Below, piece by piece: positions 1 through 12,612 of a stretch of DNA of 64,000 nt. The DNA is taken from contig CAXXRD010000002.1 in NCBI GenBank assembly GCA_963663895.2, positions 416,001-480,000 of the forward strand, written 5' to 3'. This DNA comes from Dehalococcoidia bacterium (lineage in GTDB: Bacteria > Chloroflexota > Dehalococcoidia > Bin125). The notes beneath the pieces are model-generated. The model saw nothing but the letters and a program-made list of their open reading frames with translations, made no database searches and was not told the DNA's origin. Made by a program: the position numbers and the translations under genes. Each line of letters starts with the position of its first letter. Position 1 is the first letter of the stretch.

Positions 1-588
1 AAGAGCGCGGGCGATGCCGACGCGCTGCCGCTGGCCGCCGGAGAACTCGTGGGGGAAACGGTTGGCGAGCGCGGGGCTGATTCCGACGGTGTCGAGCAAC
101 TGCGCAACGCGCTGCCGGCGCTGGTGCTTATGGAGGCCGTGGATCGTGAGGGCTTCGGCGACGATGCCGCCGACGGTCATGCGGGGATTGAGAGAGGCGT
201 AGGGATCTTGGAAGATCATCTGGATGCGGCGGCGGACTTGGCGGAGGCGGCGGCCGCGGAGCGTGGTGAGGTCGACGGATCCTTCGGCAAGGGCTGGAAT
301 GCCGTCTTCGTCGCCGGCGGGGCGGGGGTGGAGCCAGACGTGGCCGGCGGTGGGCCGGTAGAGCTGGAGGATGGCGCGGCCGGCGGTCGTTTTACCACAG
401 CCCGACTCGCCGACGAGGCCGAAGGTCTCGCCGTCGTGGATGGTGAAGGAGAGGCCGTCGACGGCCTTGACGGCGGCGACCTGTCGTTGGATGAGGATGC
501 CGCGCCTGACGGGGAAGTGGAGCTGAAGGTTTTGCACCTCTACCAAGGGGCGGCCGGGGAGCGGTGGGGCAGGATCGGGCATCGTCAT
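1..588 (-). CDS. oppF: Oligopeptide/dipeptide ABC transporter ATP-binding subunit (OppF-like), runs off window start
   Basis: Minus-strand frame reads [21 protein letters not shown] (Walker A), [28 protein letters not shown]. Confidence 0.88.
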   Translation of the reverse strand, partial: MTMPDPAPPLPGRPLVEVQNLQLHFPVRRGILIQRQVAAVKAVDGLSFTIHDGETFGLVGESGCGKTTAGRAILQLYRPTAGHVWLHPRPAGDEDGIPALAEGSVDLTTLRGRRLRQVRRRIQMIFQDPYASLNPRMTVGGIVAEALTIHGLHKHQRRQRVAQLLDTVGISPALANRFPHEFSGGQRQRVGIARAL

Positions 589-598
589 GGGACGGTCA

Positions 599-1628
<1,030 letters not shown>

Positions 1629-1885
1629 GGGGCGCTCGTTTCCTGCGATCAGAGGCGATCGTATATCACGGGACCTACCGCACGCGGAGCGAGGCGCCAG
1701 CCCGAACTGTCGCAGAGCGACGCGAGCGAGGAGGGCTTGTTTGTTGTCGTTCGATGTGGCCGGCAACGCTGAACGATTGGGAGGGATCGCTCTCGACGGC
1801 TCCTGTGAGACTCGACGCATCTGCTAGCGTCACGGCGTGCCGCAGCGGGCGGGGTGCGCGGCGCTAGCGCGATGGAGGAGAGGCG

Positions 1886-2650
1886 ATGCAGTTGAGCGAA
1901 GTGCAGCGGATCGGGGTGTTGGGCGGAGGCGTGATGGGCGGAGGGATCGCGCACGTATGCGCGGTTGCGGGCTACGACGTGCTGGTGCGGGATCTGAACG
2001 AGACGCTGATCGCCGCGACACGGGAAACGGTGTTCGACGGGAAGTGGGGGATCAAGCGGGCGGTGGAGCGAGGGAAGCTGGATTTCGACGAGGGGCTGGC
2101 AGCGATGGGTCGGGATCTCGTTCACGATGGAGACAGCGGATCTGGCGGAGAGCGATATCGTGATCGAGGCGATCCCGGAGGAGCTGGAGCTGAAGCAGGA
2201 GATGTTCAAAGAGCTGGACGGGATCGTGAAGCCGGAGGCGATCTTCGCGTCGAACACGTCCGGGTTCGTGATCGGAGAGATCGCGCGGGACGTCTCGGCG
2301 GCGCGGAAGACGCGGTTCGCGGGGATGCACTTCTCCAACCCGGTGGCCGGTGGATGAAGATGTGTGAAGTGATCTTATAACCACTGAGACCCGACAGTCG
2401 GCGGAGACGGTGGCGACGGTACGGGATCTGGGTGAGAAGGTGGGGAAGGACGTGAGCATGGTGAAGGACACGCCGGAGACGTACGGGTTCCTTTTAAACC
2501 GGATTTTCGCCGCGGCGCGGCGAGAGGGGCACCAGATCGTGGAGGAAGGGATCGCGACGCCGGAGGACGTGGACAAGGCGATGAATCGGCGGCCGAAACT
2601 GGCCGCCGGGGTTCTTCGGGTCGCGGGGCGGGATCGGTAGGCAATGGTAG
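1886..2650 (+). CDS. 3-hydroxyacyl-CoA dehydrogenase family protein, frameshifted
   Basis: GVLGGGVMGGGIA Rossmann motif; VIEAIPE, FASNTS, GMHFSNP, KDTPETYGFLLNR spread over several frames. Confidence 0.85.
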
Positions 2651-4354
2651 GAACAACAGCGGCCGGGCCGGCAGTGGCGAAACCGGGAGCGAGCGCCTGG
2701 ATCGAGAAGCGCACGGTCGGGGCCCAGGTAAACTGGGCGGCTGGGCAGTGGGGGGAGCGAGAGGCACTCACGTTCGTCGATGGAAGCGCAGTGCGCCGAT
2801 GGACGTTCGCGGAGGCTGCGGGGGGATGTAGACCGGGCGGCCAAGGCCTTGTTGCAAGCCGGCGTGGGGCCGGGCGAGACGGTCGCGCTGTGGCTGAACA
2901 ACCGGCCGGAGTGGCTGCACATCCTGTTCGCGGTCGCCAAGGTCGGGGAAACGCTGGTCCCAGTGAACACGCGGTTCCGGACAAGTGATCTGGCATATGT
3001 GCTGCGGCATTCGGACGCGACGACGCTGATCACGGCGGACGTGTCGGGTCCCGGTGCGGTACATCGACATGGTGCGGGAGCTGACGGGAACGGGGACGGA
3101 CGCGCGGGGCGCTGGCGGTGGAGGAGTTCCCGGCCTTGCGCCGAGTGATCGTGCTGAGCGATCAGGCATACGCGGGGACGCTGCGGTGGGAATCGCTGCT
3201 GGCGGAGGGCGCAGGGGCAGAGCGGGACCGGGAGCTGCGGGAGCGCGAGGCGGCGGTCGATCCGGAGGGAACGTTGTTCGTGCTGTATACGTCGGGGACG
3301 ACGGGGTTCCCGAAAGGGGTGATGCACAATCACGACATCCTGCGGTTGGTCGGCGACCACGCGAACCGCATGGCGGTGCGGCCGAGCGACGTGATCTTGA
3401 TGTACCTGCCGTTGTTCCACTCATTCGGACTGCACGAGGGGGCGATGATGCCGATCGTGAGCGGGGCGCGGCAGGTGCTGATGGCGCAGTTCGACGCCGG
3501 GGAGGCGCTCCGGCTGATCGCAAGGGAGCGGCCGACGCTCCTGCACGGGTTCGACACGCACTTCCGGGAGATCATGGACCATCCGGGATTGCGAGCGAAA
3601 CGGACCGGTCGAGCGTGCGGACGGGGAATGCTGGCAGCGGGCTTGGCGAGCAGCGAGGCGGTGGCGCGCCGGGCGCAGCGGACGCTGGGAAAGTTCGTGA
3701 GCGCGTGGGGGATGACCGAGATGGGAGCGTCGGTGTCGTTGGGGCTGCAGCTCGACAGCGAAGACGACCGCTGCCTGGCGTCGGGGTCGCCGATGCCGGG
3801 GATGGAGTTCCGGGTCATCGATCCGGCGACGGGGGAGGACGTGCCGCCGGGGCAACCGGGGGAGCTGCTGTTCCGGGGCTACAGCATCATGCAGGGCTAC
3901 TACAAGATGCCGGAGCAGACGGCGGGCGGCGTTCGATACGGAAGGATGGTTCCACAGCGGGGACACGGCCTCAATGCGGGCGGATGGGACGATCCGGTTC
4001 CTGGGGCGCTATAAGGACATGCTGAAAGTGGGCGGGGAGAACGTGGACCCGGCGGAGGTGGAGGCGCGGTTGCTGCAACACCCGGTCGTGCAGCAGGCGG
4101 TGGTCGTAGGAGTACCGGATACGCGACTTTCGGAGGTGGCCTGCGCCTACGTGGTGTTGGAGGCGGGAGCTTCGGCGAGCGCCGAGGATCTGGTGGGGGA
4201 CTGGCGCGGAAGCATCGCGAGCTTCAAGATCCCGCGGCACGTCCTGTTCCTGGACGAGTTGCCGATGACGCCGACGGGGAAGGTCCAAAAATTCAAGTTG
4301 CGGGAGATGGCGGTGCAAGAGCTGGGACTCGAGGAGGAAGCGAGTCATGGCTGA
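2644..4354 (+). CDS. AMP-binding acyl-CoA synthetase, frameshifted
   Basis: YTSGTTGFPKG, WGMTE, GRYKDMLKVGGENV, TPTGKVQK across ORFs 2644/2780/3118/3974. Confidence 0.9.
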
Positions 4355-4697
4355 GGAGGCGAAGGCAGTGGTGGAGCAGTGGCTGGCGGCGTGGAACCGG
4401 AAGGATCTGGCGACGATGCGGCGACTGCTGGCGGACGATCTCCTGTTCGAAGGGGCGATGGACCGGTTCACGAGCGGAGACGCGTATCACGCGTTGATGG
4501 GCAAGCTGACGAAGGCGGTGACGGAGGTGAAACCGCTGAAGGTGTGGGCGGATGGGCGCGACGCGGCGGCGTTCTACGATCTCTCGATGTCGAAGCCGGC
4601 GGGGACGTATCCGATCGCGGAGTGGTTCGAGGTGGAGGATGGAAAGATCCGCCGGGTGCATTCGGTGTTCGACGCGCGGCCGTTCGTAGGGGGATAG
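4347..4697 (+). CDS. SnoaL/NTF2-like protein
   Basis: AWNRKDL..LLADDL..F, EWFEVEDGKIRRVHSVFDARP; overlaps upstream stop. Confidence 0.8.
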   Translation: MAEEAKAVVEQWLAAWNRKDLATMRRLLADDLLFEGAMDRFTSGDAYHALMGKLTKAVTEVKPLKVWADGRDAAAFYDLSMSKPAGTYPIAEWFEVEDGKIRRVHSVFDARPFVGG

Positions 4698-4785
4698 GCC
4701 ACAGTCTGCCGCCGTCCGCTCAATGGTCGGCGAGCACGGCGTGCCGGGCTTGGCGGCGGCGGAGCCGATTGCGGCCGCCCGGCTG

Positions 4786-5610
4786 CTAGACCGAGACGGT
4801 TTTCCACTTCGTCGTATCAATGCTGGCGATCGTGCGTTTGAGATCGCGGGCGCCGGTGAGCATCATGGTGATATCGAGGCTCAGCAGGATCATCTGCGCC
4901 CCCATATCGATGTACTTCTGCCCGATCTCGTTGTTCCAGGCATGGGCGGCGACGAAGAGGCCGCGGTCGCGGGCAGCCCGGATGATGCGCTCCATCCATT
5001 GCTGGGTCTCCTCGGCGGGGGTGCCGTAGCGGGCGATGCCAAGATCGGTGGCGATGTCCCAGCCGCCGGGGAGGACGCCGTCAATGCTTTCGGCGGCGAG
5101 GATCTCCTCCGGCGGTTCGACCGTCTTGTAGCGCTCGCGGGTGCCGCCGGGAACCTCTTCGATCATGACCATGGCGAGCGTGTTGGCGTTGGCCTCCTCG
5201 CGGTAGGTCTCCCAGGGAGTAAAGCCATATTTGGCGGCGCGGGGGATGGGGACGGAGCTACGGATACCCTGGGGTGGGTAACGGCAGGCGCGGCCAACGG
5301 TTTCGGCCTGCGCCTTGGTGGAGACGTGGGGAGCGAAGACGCCCTGCGCGCCGAAGTTAAGGGCTTTGAGAATGGGAGCCGGACGCGCCTCAATGGGACG
5401 GACCATGGGAGCGATGCCGGCGGCGGCGCAGGCGCGGATGCAAGCCTCGGTCTCGGTGCCGAAGACATCCAGGCCAGCCTCTTCGCAGTCGACGATGACG
5501 AAATCGAAGCCGGCGTAGCCCATCAGCTCGATGATGGATGGATCATTCATGAGGCAGAACATGCCGGTGAGGATCTCGCCGTTCTGGAGCGCCTGCTTAA
5601 GGTTCTTCAT
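4786..5610 (-). CDS. HpcH/HpaI aldolase family protein
   Basis: GFDFVIVDCEE, MVRP, LNFGAQGVFAPHV, CRYPPQGIRS, MIE, GGWD. Confidence 0.88.
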   Translation of the reverse strand: MKNLKQALQNGEILTGMFCLMNDPSIIELMGYAGFDFVIVDCEEAGLDVFGTETEACIRACAAAGIAPMVRPIEARPAPILKALNFGAQGVFAPHVSTKAQAETVGRACRYPPQGIRSSVPIPRAAKYGFTPWETYREEANANTLAMVMIEEVPGGTRERYKTVEPPEEILAAESIDGVLPGGWDIATDLGIARYGTPAEETQQWMERIIRAARDRGLFVAAHAWNNEIGQKYIDMGAQMILLSLDITMMLTGARDLKRTIASIDTTKWKTVSV

Positions 5611-5619
5611 GGGTGACTC

Positions 5620-6427
5620 CTAGGCGTTCGCGCGCTTGAGCGCGTTGGCGCTCTCCAGAACGGCGGCAGTGTTCTGCTGGAGGATGACGAGGTCGATCCC
5701 CATGAGGATGACTTGGGCGCCCATCTCGATCTGGCGCTCGGCGGATTCGGCGTTCCAGGCAACGGTGGAGAGGCCGATACCGTGCTTCTCGGCAGCTCTG
5801 GCGCAGGCTTTGAAAGCGTCCTCGAGCTGCGGGTCGATCCACTCGCTGTCGGTGCCGTGAAAGTTTCCTGGAGGGACGCCGAGATCGGTGGCGAGATCAA
5901 AGGGGCCGAACTGGAGCATGTCGACGCCGGGGACGGCGGCGATCTGATCAACGTTCCGGGATGCCCTGGGCACTCTCAATGATGGGCATGGCGAGAACCT
6001 CGCGGTTGACGCGCTGCCGGTAGTCGTCCCAGGGCTCGACCCCGTAGCGGGCGGCCCGCGTGACGGGAACGGAGCTGCGGCTGCCGTCCGGGGGGTAGCG
6101 GCACGCGGCGACGGCGACTTGGGCCTCTTCCGGCGTCTGAATGTGCGTGAGCCAGATGCCTTCAGCCCCGAAATTGAGGGCTTTGAGGATGGCGCCGGGA
6201 CGCGGCTCAGTGGGGCGGACGATGGCGGGAATGCCGGCGGCGGCGGCGGCGCGGATCATCGCTTCGAGCTCGGTGCCGTAGGGGCTGGTGGGAGCGTGCT
6301 CGGTGTCGATGAAGAGGACGTCGAATCCGATGTGGCCGAAGATTTCGATGACCACGGGGCTGCCGATGAGCGCCATCGGGCCGATCAGGATATCTCCGCG
6401 GTCGATACGAGCGCGCAAGCTGGGCAT
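5620..6427 (-). CDS. Second HpcH/HpaI aldolase, one frameshift near 5960
   Basis: GFDVLFIDTEH, CRYPPDGSRS, IIES, then NVDQIAAVPGVDMLQFGPFDL in the next frame. Confidence 0.85.
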
Positions 6428-6519
6428 GGGAATGGCTCCCTCCGAGTATCGCAGGGGCATTCTGGAGGTAACAGGAGGGGGAGACAAGGGGAGCGTGGAG
6501 GTCCAGTAGCATTGCAGGC

Positions 6520-7557
6520 ATGCTGATCGATATGCACCACCACTACATCCCGGAGCGGTACCTGGAGTTGGTGCGCCGGGACGGGGAGCGGTGGCAGGCG
6601 GTGTTCTACCACGACGAGGCGCGGGGCAAGGACAGCGTGGTGCCGGGGATGACGGTGCCGCCGCCGGTGGACGCCGTCGCGCGCGGGATCTTTTGGATGG
6701 AACCGGGAATGCACGACGTGCCGACGCGGCTGGAAGAGATGGACGCGCTGAGGATCGACATGGCGGCGCTCTCGATCTCCCCGTTGCTCTACTACTACTT
6801 CGCGGAGCCGGAGCTGGGAGAGGAAGTGTGCCAGCTGCTGAACGACGAGATCCACGCGGTGGCGCAATCGGAGCCGGAGCGATTCGTCCCGATGGGAGCG
6901 GTGCCGCTGCAAGACGTGGGCCGGGCGATCACGGAGATGGAGCGGGTGGTGCGGGAGTACGGCTTCACGGCGGTGGAGATTGGGGGGAGTGTCGAGGGAA
7001 GGCACTACGACGAGCCCGCGTTCGAGCCATTCTTCCGCCGGGCGGCCGAGCTGGACTTACTGATCTTTATCCATCCCGGGATCAACCCGATGCCGGAGCG
7101 GCTGCAGCGCTACCACACGGGGAACGTGATTGGATTTCCGGTGGAGAGCGGCGTCTGCGCGGCAGCGCTGATCTATGGAGGGGTGCTGGCGCGATACCCC
7201 ACCCTCAAGATCTGCTTCGCGCATGGAGGAGGGATCGTGCCGGGGTTAATCGGACGGTGGGACCACGGCTGGGAAGTGCGCGCGGAGTCACAGCAGCGGA
7301 TCGAACGGCCGCCGAGCGCGTACTTTCAGCAGCTGTACTTCGACAATTTGGTGCACAGTGACGCGGTGCTGGGGGCGTTGCTCTCGATCGCCTCGCCAGA
7401 GCGGGTGGTGGTAGGGACGGACTACCCCTACGACATGGGGGAGCGACAGCCGAGGGCGGTGCTGGAGCGGGCGGAGGCAGCGGGACGGCTGACGCCGGCA
7501 CAGCGAGAGGCGGTGTCCTACCGGACGGCGGCACGGCTGCTGCGGATCCCGGTATAG
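6520..7557 (+). CDS. Amidohydrolase_2 family (ACMSD-like decarboxylase/hydratase)
   Basis: IDMHHH, FIHP, AHGGG, YFDN, GTDYPY. Confidence 0.9.
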   Translation: MLIDMHHHYIPERYLELVRRDGERWQAVFYHDEARGKDSVVPGMTVPPPVDAVARGIFWMEPGMHDVPTRLEEMDALRIDMAALSISPLLYYYFAEPELGEEVCQLLNDEIHAVAQSEPERFVPMGAVPLQDVGRAITEMERVVREYGFTAVEIGGSVEGRHYDEPAFEPFFRRAAELDLLIFIHPGINPMPERLQRYHTGNVIGFPVESGVCAAALIYGGVLARYPTLKICFAHGGGIVPGLIGRWDHGWEVRAESQQRIERPPSAYFQQLYFDNLVHSDAVLGALLSIASPERVVVGTDYPYDMGERQPRAVLERAEAAGRLTPAQREAVSYRTAARLLRIPV

Positions 7558-7615
7558 AAGCGTCCGCGTTCTGTATGATCCGGACCGCGAAGGTTTCCAA
7601 GGGAAGGGCCACCTA

Positions 7616-8860
7616 ATGGTCAAGGTCATTCTGCAGATCTATCCGATGGTGCGAGCGGAGGATGAGGCGGAGCGGAAAGCGCTGCGGCCGATCGGCCGCA
7701 ATGTGGAGCGTTATCACGAGGCGCTGCACGGGTCGTTCGAGCTGGCGAAGGCGGCGGATCAGCTGGGGGTGTGGGGGATGGCGTCGATCGAGCATCACTT
7801 TCACTCGGAGGGCTACGAGGTGGGGCCGAGCCCAGGGACGTTCAACGCGTACTGGGCCGCGATCACGCAACGGCTGCGGGTGGGACAGCTGGGCTACGTG
7901 ATGAGTACGCAGCATCCGATCCGGATCGCGGAGGAGACGGCGATCTTGGATCACATGACGAAGGGGCGGTTCTTCGTCGGGTTCGCACGGGGGTACCAAG
8001 ACCGCTGGACGAACGTGGTCGGGCAGCACCTCGGGTCGCGGGCAACGCATTCGGACGGGAGTGCGGATGATCTGATCAACCGCGACATCTTCCGCGAGCA
8101 AGTGGAGATGGTGATTAAGGCGTGGACGGAGGAGAGCATCGAGCACAACTCGAAGCTGTGGCAGGTGCCGTACCCGTACACGGATGGCATCGACTGGTGG
8201 ATGGCGCGGAGCACGAAGCATCTGGGGGCGCCGGGCGAGATCGGAGAGGACGGACGGGTGCACCGGGTGAGCGTGGTGCCGGCGCCCTATACGCAGCCGC
8301 ACCCGCCGATCTTCGTGCCGAGCTCCGGGAGCGCGGAGTCGGTGGAGTACTGCGGCAGGATGGGTTTCAACTGCATCCACGTGGTAGCGGGGCAGCGAGC
8401 GATGGAGCAGGCGCCGCGCTACGCACAGGCGGCAGCCGCAGCGGGCCGCCCGCTGGCGCTGGGACAGATGCAGGGGATCCAGCGCTACCTCCAGATCGGG
8501 GAGACGCGCGAGGCGGCGCGGGAGGCGCTGGCCAAGTACGACGCCGATATCTACAAGAACTTTTGGAACCTGCTGTACGAGCGAGTCGTCGACAAACGGG
8601 TGACGCTGCCGGAGAACCCGACGGTCGAGCAGATCGTGGACGAGATCGAGCAAGCGGACGCGTTCGTGACGGGAACGGTGGACGATGTGCGCGATCAACT
8701 GGTGGAGGAGTGGAAGCAGGTGCCGTTCGAGTACTTGGTAGCGACGTGGCACTATGCGCAGCAGCCGCTGGAGTCCACGATCGAGCAGCTGCAGCTGGTG
8801 ATGACGGAGATCAAGCCCGCGCTGGACGAGCTTACGCAGTACGAGCAGGCACCGGCGTAG
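7616..8860 (+). CDS. Luciferase-like (LLM) flavin-dependent oxidoreductase
   Basis: [46 protein letters not shown]. Confidence 0.9.
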   Translation: MVKVILQIYPMVRAEDEAERKALRPIGRNVERYHEALHGSFELAKAADQLGVWGMASIEHHFHSEGYEVGPSPGTFNAYWAAITQRLRVGQLGYVMSTQHPIRIAEETAILDHMTKGRFFVGFARGYQDRWTNVVGQHLGSRATHSDGSADDLINRDIFREQVEMVIKAWTEESIEHNSKLWQVPYPYTDGIDWWMARSTKHLGAPGEIGEDGRVHRVSVVPAPYTQPHPPIFVPSSGSAESVEYCGRMGFNCIHVVAGQRAMEQAPRYAQAAAAAGRPLALGQMQGIQRYLQIGETREAAREALAKYDADIYKNFWNLLYERVVDKRVTLPENPTVEQIVDEIEQADAFVTGTVDDVRDQLVEEWKQVPFEYLVATWHYAQQPLESTIEQLQLVMTEIKPALDELTQYEQAPA

Positions 8861-8879
8861 GCGAAGCGGGAGGGGCGGT

Positions 8880-9350
8880 GTGAGCGAGAGGGTACCCGTC
8901 GAGGTCAGGGTCAATGGGGAGCCGTGCAGCGCGGTGGTAGAGCCGCGTTTGTTGCTGGTGCACTTCCTGCGTGAAGAGTTGGGCCTGACGGGGACGCACG
9001 TGGGCTGTGACACGAGCCAGTGCGGGGCCTGCACCGTCCTGATCGACGGGCGCAGCGCAAAGTCCTGCACGGTGTTCGCGGTCCAGGCGGCGGGCAGCGC
9101 GGTCACCACGATCGAGGGATTGGCGGAGGGGGAGGCGCTGCACCCGCTCCAGGAGGGATTCTGGGAGGAGCACGGGCTGCAGTGCGGCTACTGCACGCCG
9201 GGAATGATCATGGCGGCTGCTTCACTGCTGAAGGAGAACCCCGATCCCAGCGAGGCGGAGATCCGGAGCGGCTTGGACGGGAACCTGTGTCGCTGCACGG
9301 GATATCAGCACATCGTGAACGCGATCGCGCGTGCCGCGCAGCAAGGGTGA
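8880..9350 (+). CDS. coxS: 2Fe-2S subunit of Mo-hydroxylase (CoxS-like)
   Basis: [30 protein letters not shown]. Confidence 0.92.
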   Translation: MSERVPVEVRVNGEPCSAVVEPRLLLVHFLREELGLTGTHVGCDTSQCGACTVLIDGRSAKSCTVFAVQAAGSAVTTIEGLAEGEALHPLQEGFWEEHGLQCGYCTPGMIMAAASLLKENPDPSEAEIRSGLDGNLCRCTGYQHIVNAIARAAQQG

Positions 9351-9360
9351 GGCGGGCCCG

Positions 9361-11739
9361 GTGGCAGCCAATGCGACCCCAAGCCCCGGAGGCAAGCACG
9401 TCGGCCAGCGGCTGAAGCGCCGGGAGGACCCGGCCTTGATCCGCGGGCAAGGGACGTTCATCGACGACGTGCGGCTCCCGGGGATGCTGCACCTCGCGTT
9501 CAAGCGCAGCGACGTGGCCCACGGGCGGATCGTGCGGGTGGATACGAGCGCGGCGCGGGCGATGCCGGGCGTGCGGTTGGTCGCAACGGGCGCCGACCTG
9601 CAAGGAGTGCTCCCGAACGTGCCGGTGATAACGCCGTTCCCATATCCCGACCATCCCGCGGTCACGCCGGACAAAGTGCGGTACGTGGGCGAGCCGGTGG
9701 CGCTGGTCGTGGCGGAGGATCGGTACCAAGCGCAGGACGCCGTGGAGGCGATCGAGGTCACGATCGAGGAGCTGCCAGCCGTCGTGGATGCGGAGGCGGC
9801 GCTACGCGGGGAGCCGACGCTGCTGCACGAGGACTTCGTCAACAACGTGGCGCTGCGGATCATCAGCGGGACGGGGGTGGCGGAAGCAGCGGGCACGCAG
9901 GATCCGGAGGCGGTGGACGACCGCGAGCTCGAAGCGGCGTTCGAAACGGCCGAGGTGGTGATCTCCCAGCGGATGGTGAATCCACGGATCGCGCCCTCGG
10001 CGATCGAGACGCGGGGAGTGGTGGCGCAGTACGAGGCCACGCGACCCTACTTGACGATCTGGAGCACGACCCAGCGGCCGCACGCGCATCGCCGGTTCTT
10101 GGCGGCGGCGTTGGGGTTGGGGGAGCACCAGGCGCGGACGATCGCGCCGGAGATGGGCGGGGGCTTCGGCGCGAAGAAGATCTACGGGGAGGATTTCGTG
10201 GCGGCGGCGCTGTCGAAGCAGCTGGGAGCGCCGATCAAGTGGATCGAGGATCGGTCGGAGGCGTTCCTGACGACGACGCACGCGCGGGACGTGATCGGCC
10301 AGATCGAGCTGGCGGCGAAGCGGGACGGGACGGTGACGGCGCTGAAGGCGCGGCTGGTGGCGGACATCGGCGCCTACGAGATGCTACTGACGGCGTTCAT
10401 CCCAACGCTGACGCACGGGCTGCTGAGCGGAGGCTACGCGATCCCGGTGATCCGGTCGGAGCTGATCGAGGTGTTCACGAACAAGATGCCGACGGACGCC
10501 TACCGGGGCGCGGGAATGCCGGAGGCGATCTTCTTCGTCGAGCGGTCGATGGAATTGCTGGCGCGGGAGCTGAGGATGGATCCGGCGGAGGTGCGCCGCA
10601 AGAACTTCATCCGGCCGGAGCAATTTCCGTACAAGACCGCGGCGGGGAACGAGTACGACTCCGGGGAGTACGAGCGGCTGCTGGACGCGACGCTGGAGCT
10701 GGCGGGGTGGGAGGAGATGCGTGCGGAGCAGGCGGCGGCGCGGGCGGAGGGGCGGCTGGTGGGGCTGGGAATGAGCTTCTACATCGAGCTGTGCGCGATC
10801 GGGCCCTCGACGATGTTCCCGGACGGCGGCTGGGAGCACGGGAGCGTCACGGTGGAGCGGGACGGGCGAATCACCGCGACGACCGGGGCATCGGCGCACG
10901 GGCAAGGGCACGAGACCTCGTTCGCGCAGGTGCTGGCCGACCAGTTCGGGATCGAACCGGGGGCGATCACATTGCTGCATGGGGACACGGCCGTGGCGAA
11001 GCAGGGGGTGGGAACAGTGGCGAGCCGCTCGTTGGTGGTGGGCGGGACGGCGCTGCTGATGGCAGGCAGCAAGGTGAAGGCGAAGATGACGCGGTTCGCG
11101 GCGCAGCTGCTGGAGGCGCGCGAAGAAGAGATCGAGTTCGCCAACGGGGAGGTGGGGGTAGCCGGGGGCGGGAAGCTGTCGTTCGAGGAGGTGGCCTCGT
11201 ATGCGTACGCGCCGCAACAGCTGCCCGCGGGTACGGAGCCGGGGCTGAGCGAGGAAGCGTTCTGGGAGCCGCCGGGGATGACGTTCCCCTACGGATGCTA
11301 TATCGCACAGGTGGAAGTGGACCGGGAGACGGGAGAGGCGGAGCTGCAGCGTTTCGTGGGGGTGGACGACTGCGGAACGATCGTGAATCCGTTGATCGTG
11401 GAGGGGCAGATTCAAGGGGGGATCGCGCAAGGGATCGGACCGGCGCTGACGGAGGAGCTGCGCTACGACGAGCACGGACAGCTACTGACGGGGTCGTTCA
11501 TGGATTACGCAATCCCGCGGGCGTCCGATCTCCCGCGCTTCGAGCTGGGGGTGACGGTGACGCCGTCGCCGCTGAACCCGCTGGGCGCGAAGGGGACCGG
11601 AGAGGCGGGGACGATCGGGGCGACGCCGGCCGTGGTGAACGCGGTGGTCGACGCGCTGAGCGAGCTGGGCGTCCGGCACGTCGACCCGGCGCTGCACCCC
11701 GAGAAAGTGTGGCGCCTGATTCGGGGAGGGGAGCGATGA
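9361..11739 (+). CDS. coxL: Molybdopterin-binding large subunit, form II CoxL-like / xanthine dehydrogenase family
   Basis: RREDPALIRG, GGGFGAK, AYRGAG, HGQGHETSFAQ, VEGQIQGGIAQG, KGTGEAG; not the form I AYxCSFR loop. Confidence 0.88.
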   Translation: MAANATPSPGGKHVGQRLKRREDPALIRGQGTFIDDVRLPGMLHLAFKRSDVAHGRIVRVDTSAARAMPGVRLVATGADLQGVLPNVPVITPFPYPDHPAVTPDKVRYVGEPVALVVAEDRYQAQDAVEAIEVTIEELPAVVDAEAALRGEPTLLHEDFVNNVALRIISGTGVAEAAGTQDPEAVDDRELEAAFETAEVVISQRMVNPRIAPSAIETRGVVAQYEATRPYLTIWSTTQRPHAHRRFLAAALGLGEHQARTIAPEMGGGFGAKKIYGEDFVAAALSKQLGAPIKWIEDRSEAFLTTTHARDVIGQIELAAKRDGTVTALKARLVADIGAYEMLLTAFIPTLTHGLLSGGYAIPVIRSELIEVFTNKMPTDAYRGAGMPEAIFFVERSMELLARELRMDPAEVRRKNFIRPEQFPYKTAAGNEYDSGEYERLLDATLELAGWEEMRAEQAAARAEGRLVGLGMSFYIELCAIGPSTMFPDGGWEHGSVTVERDGRITATTGASAHGQGHETSFAQVLADQFGIEPGAITLLHGDTAVAKQGVGTVASRSLVVGGTALLMAGSKVKAKMTRFAAQLLEAREEEIEFANGEVGVAGGGKLSFEEVASYAYAPQQLPAGTEPGLSEEAFWEPPGMTFPYGCYIAQVEVDRETGEAELQRFVGVDDCGTIVNPLIVEGQIQGGIAQGIGPALTEELRYDEHGQLLTGSFMDYAIPRASDLPRFELGVTVTPSPLNPLGAKGTGEAGTIGATPAVVNAVVDALSELGVRHVDPALHPEKVWRLIRGGER

Positions 11740-12605
11740 TCCCGGCGGCGTTCGACTACCGGCGGGCGAAGACGATCGACGAAGCGCTGGCGCTGATCGG
11801 AGAGACGGCGGAAGAGGCGCGATTCTTGGCGGGAGGGCACAGCCTGATTCCGCTGATGAAGCTGCGGTTCAGCCAGCCGGATCGGCTGGTGGACATCATG
11901 CACGTGCCGGGGCTGGCGGGGATCTGGGAGCGGAACGGCCAGGTAGGGATCGGGGCGACGACGCGGTACGTGGAGCTGGAGCGGTCGCGGATCTTGCAGG
12001 ACGTCTTGCCGGTGGTCGCGGAAGCGGCAGGAGAGATCGGCGATCCGCAGGTTCGGCATCGGGGGACGATCGGGGGGAGCTTGGCGCACGCGGATCCGGC
12101 GGCGGACCTGCCGGCGGTCATGGTGGCGCTGGATGCCTTCCTCGATATCGTGGGGCCGCAGGGGAGACGCCGCGTGCAAGCGGAGGATTTCTTCCAGGGG
12201 TTCTTCACGGTCGATCTCGCCGAGGGCGAGCTGATCACCGAGATGCGGATGCTGCCGCGCCGGGCGGCAGCCTACGCCAAGCTGCATCAGAAGGCGTCGC
12301 ACTTCGCGCTCGTGGGAGTGGCGGCGGCGCTGGAGATCGAGGCGGGCAACGGCGCGGGCGGCGTATGCCGGGGAGCGCGGGTAGCCGTGACGGGACTGTC
12401 GACGCACGCGCAGCGGCTACGGGGCGTGGAGGCGAGCTTGATCGGGGAGCGCTTGGCAGAGGAGTCGATCCGGGCGGCGGCGGAGCGGGCGCCGGAGGGG
12501 ATCGAGGAGATCAACGACGACCTGCACGGCTCGGCCGAGTATCGCCGGGAGATGGCGAAGGTGTTCGCGGCGCGCGCCATCCGGCGCGCGGCGGCGCGCG
12601 CGTAG
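11736..12605 (+). CDS. coxM: FAD-binding subunit (CoxM-like)
   Basis: MIPAAFDY, LAGGHSLIPLMKLR, IGDPQVRHRGTIGGSLAHADP; ATGA overlap with coxL. Confidence 0.92.
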   Translation: MIPAAFDYRRAKTIDEALALIGETAEEARFLAGGHSLIPLMKLRFSQPDRLVDIMHVPGLAGIWERNGQVGIGATTRYVELERSRILQDVLPVVAEAAGEIGDPQVRHRGTIGGSLAHADPAADLPAVMVALDAFLDIVGPQGRRRVQAEDFFQGFFTVDLAEGELITEMRMLPRRAAAYAKLHQKASHFALVGVAAALEIEAGNGAGGVCRGARVAVTGLSTHAQRLRGVEASLIGERLAEESIRAAAERAPEGIEEINDDLHGSAEYRREMAKVFAARAIRRAAARA

Positions 12606-12612
12606 CTCGCTC

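Noticed and set aside
10239-11735. 788-aa ORF as a long N-terminal extension of CoxM
   Set aside because: It is an alternate frame of coxL. The real start is ATG 11736 with an RBS and ATGA overlap.
9361-11739. Bona fide aerobic CO dehydrogenase (form I)
   Set aside because: Lacks AYxCSFR, the M-S-L order and coxDEFG accessory genes.
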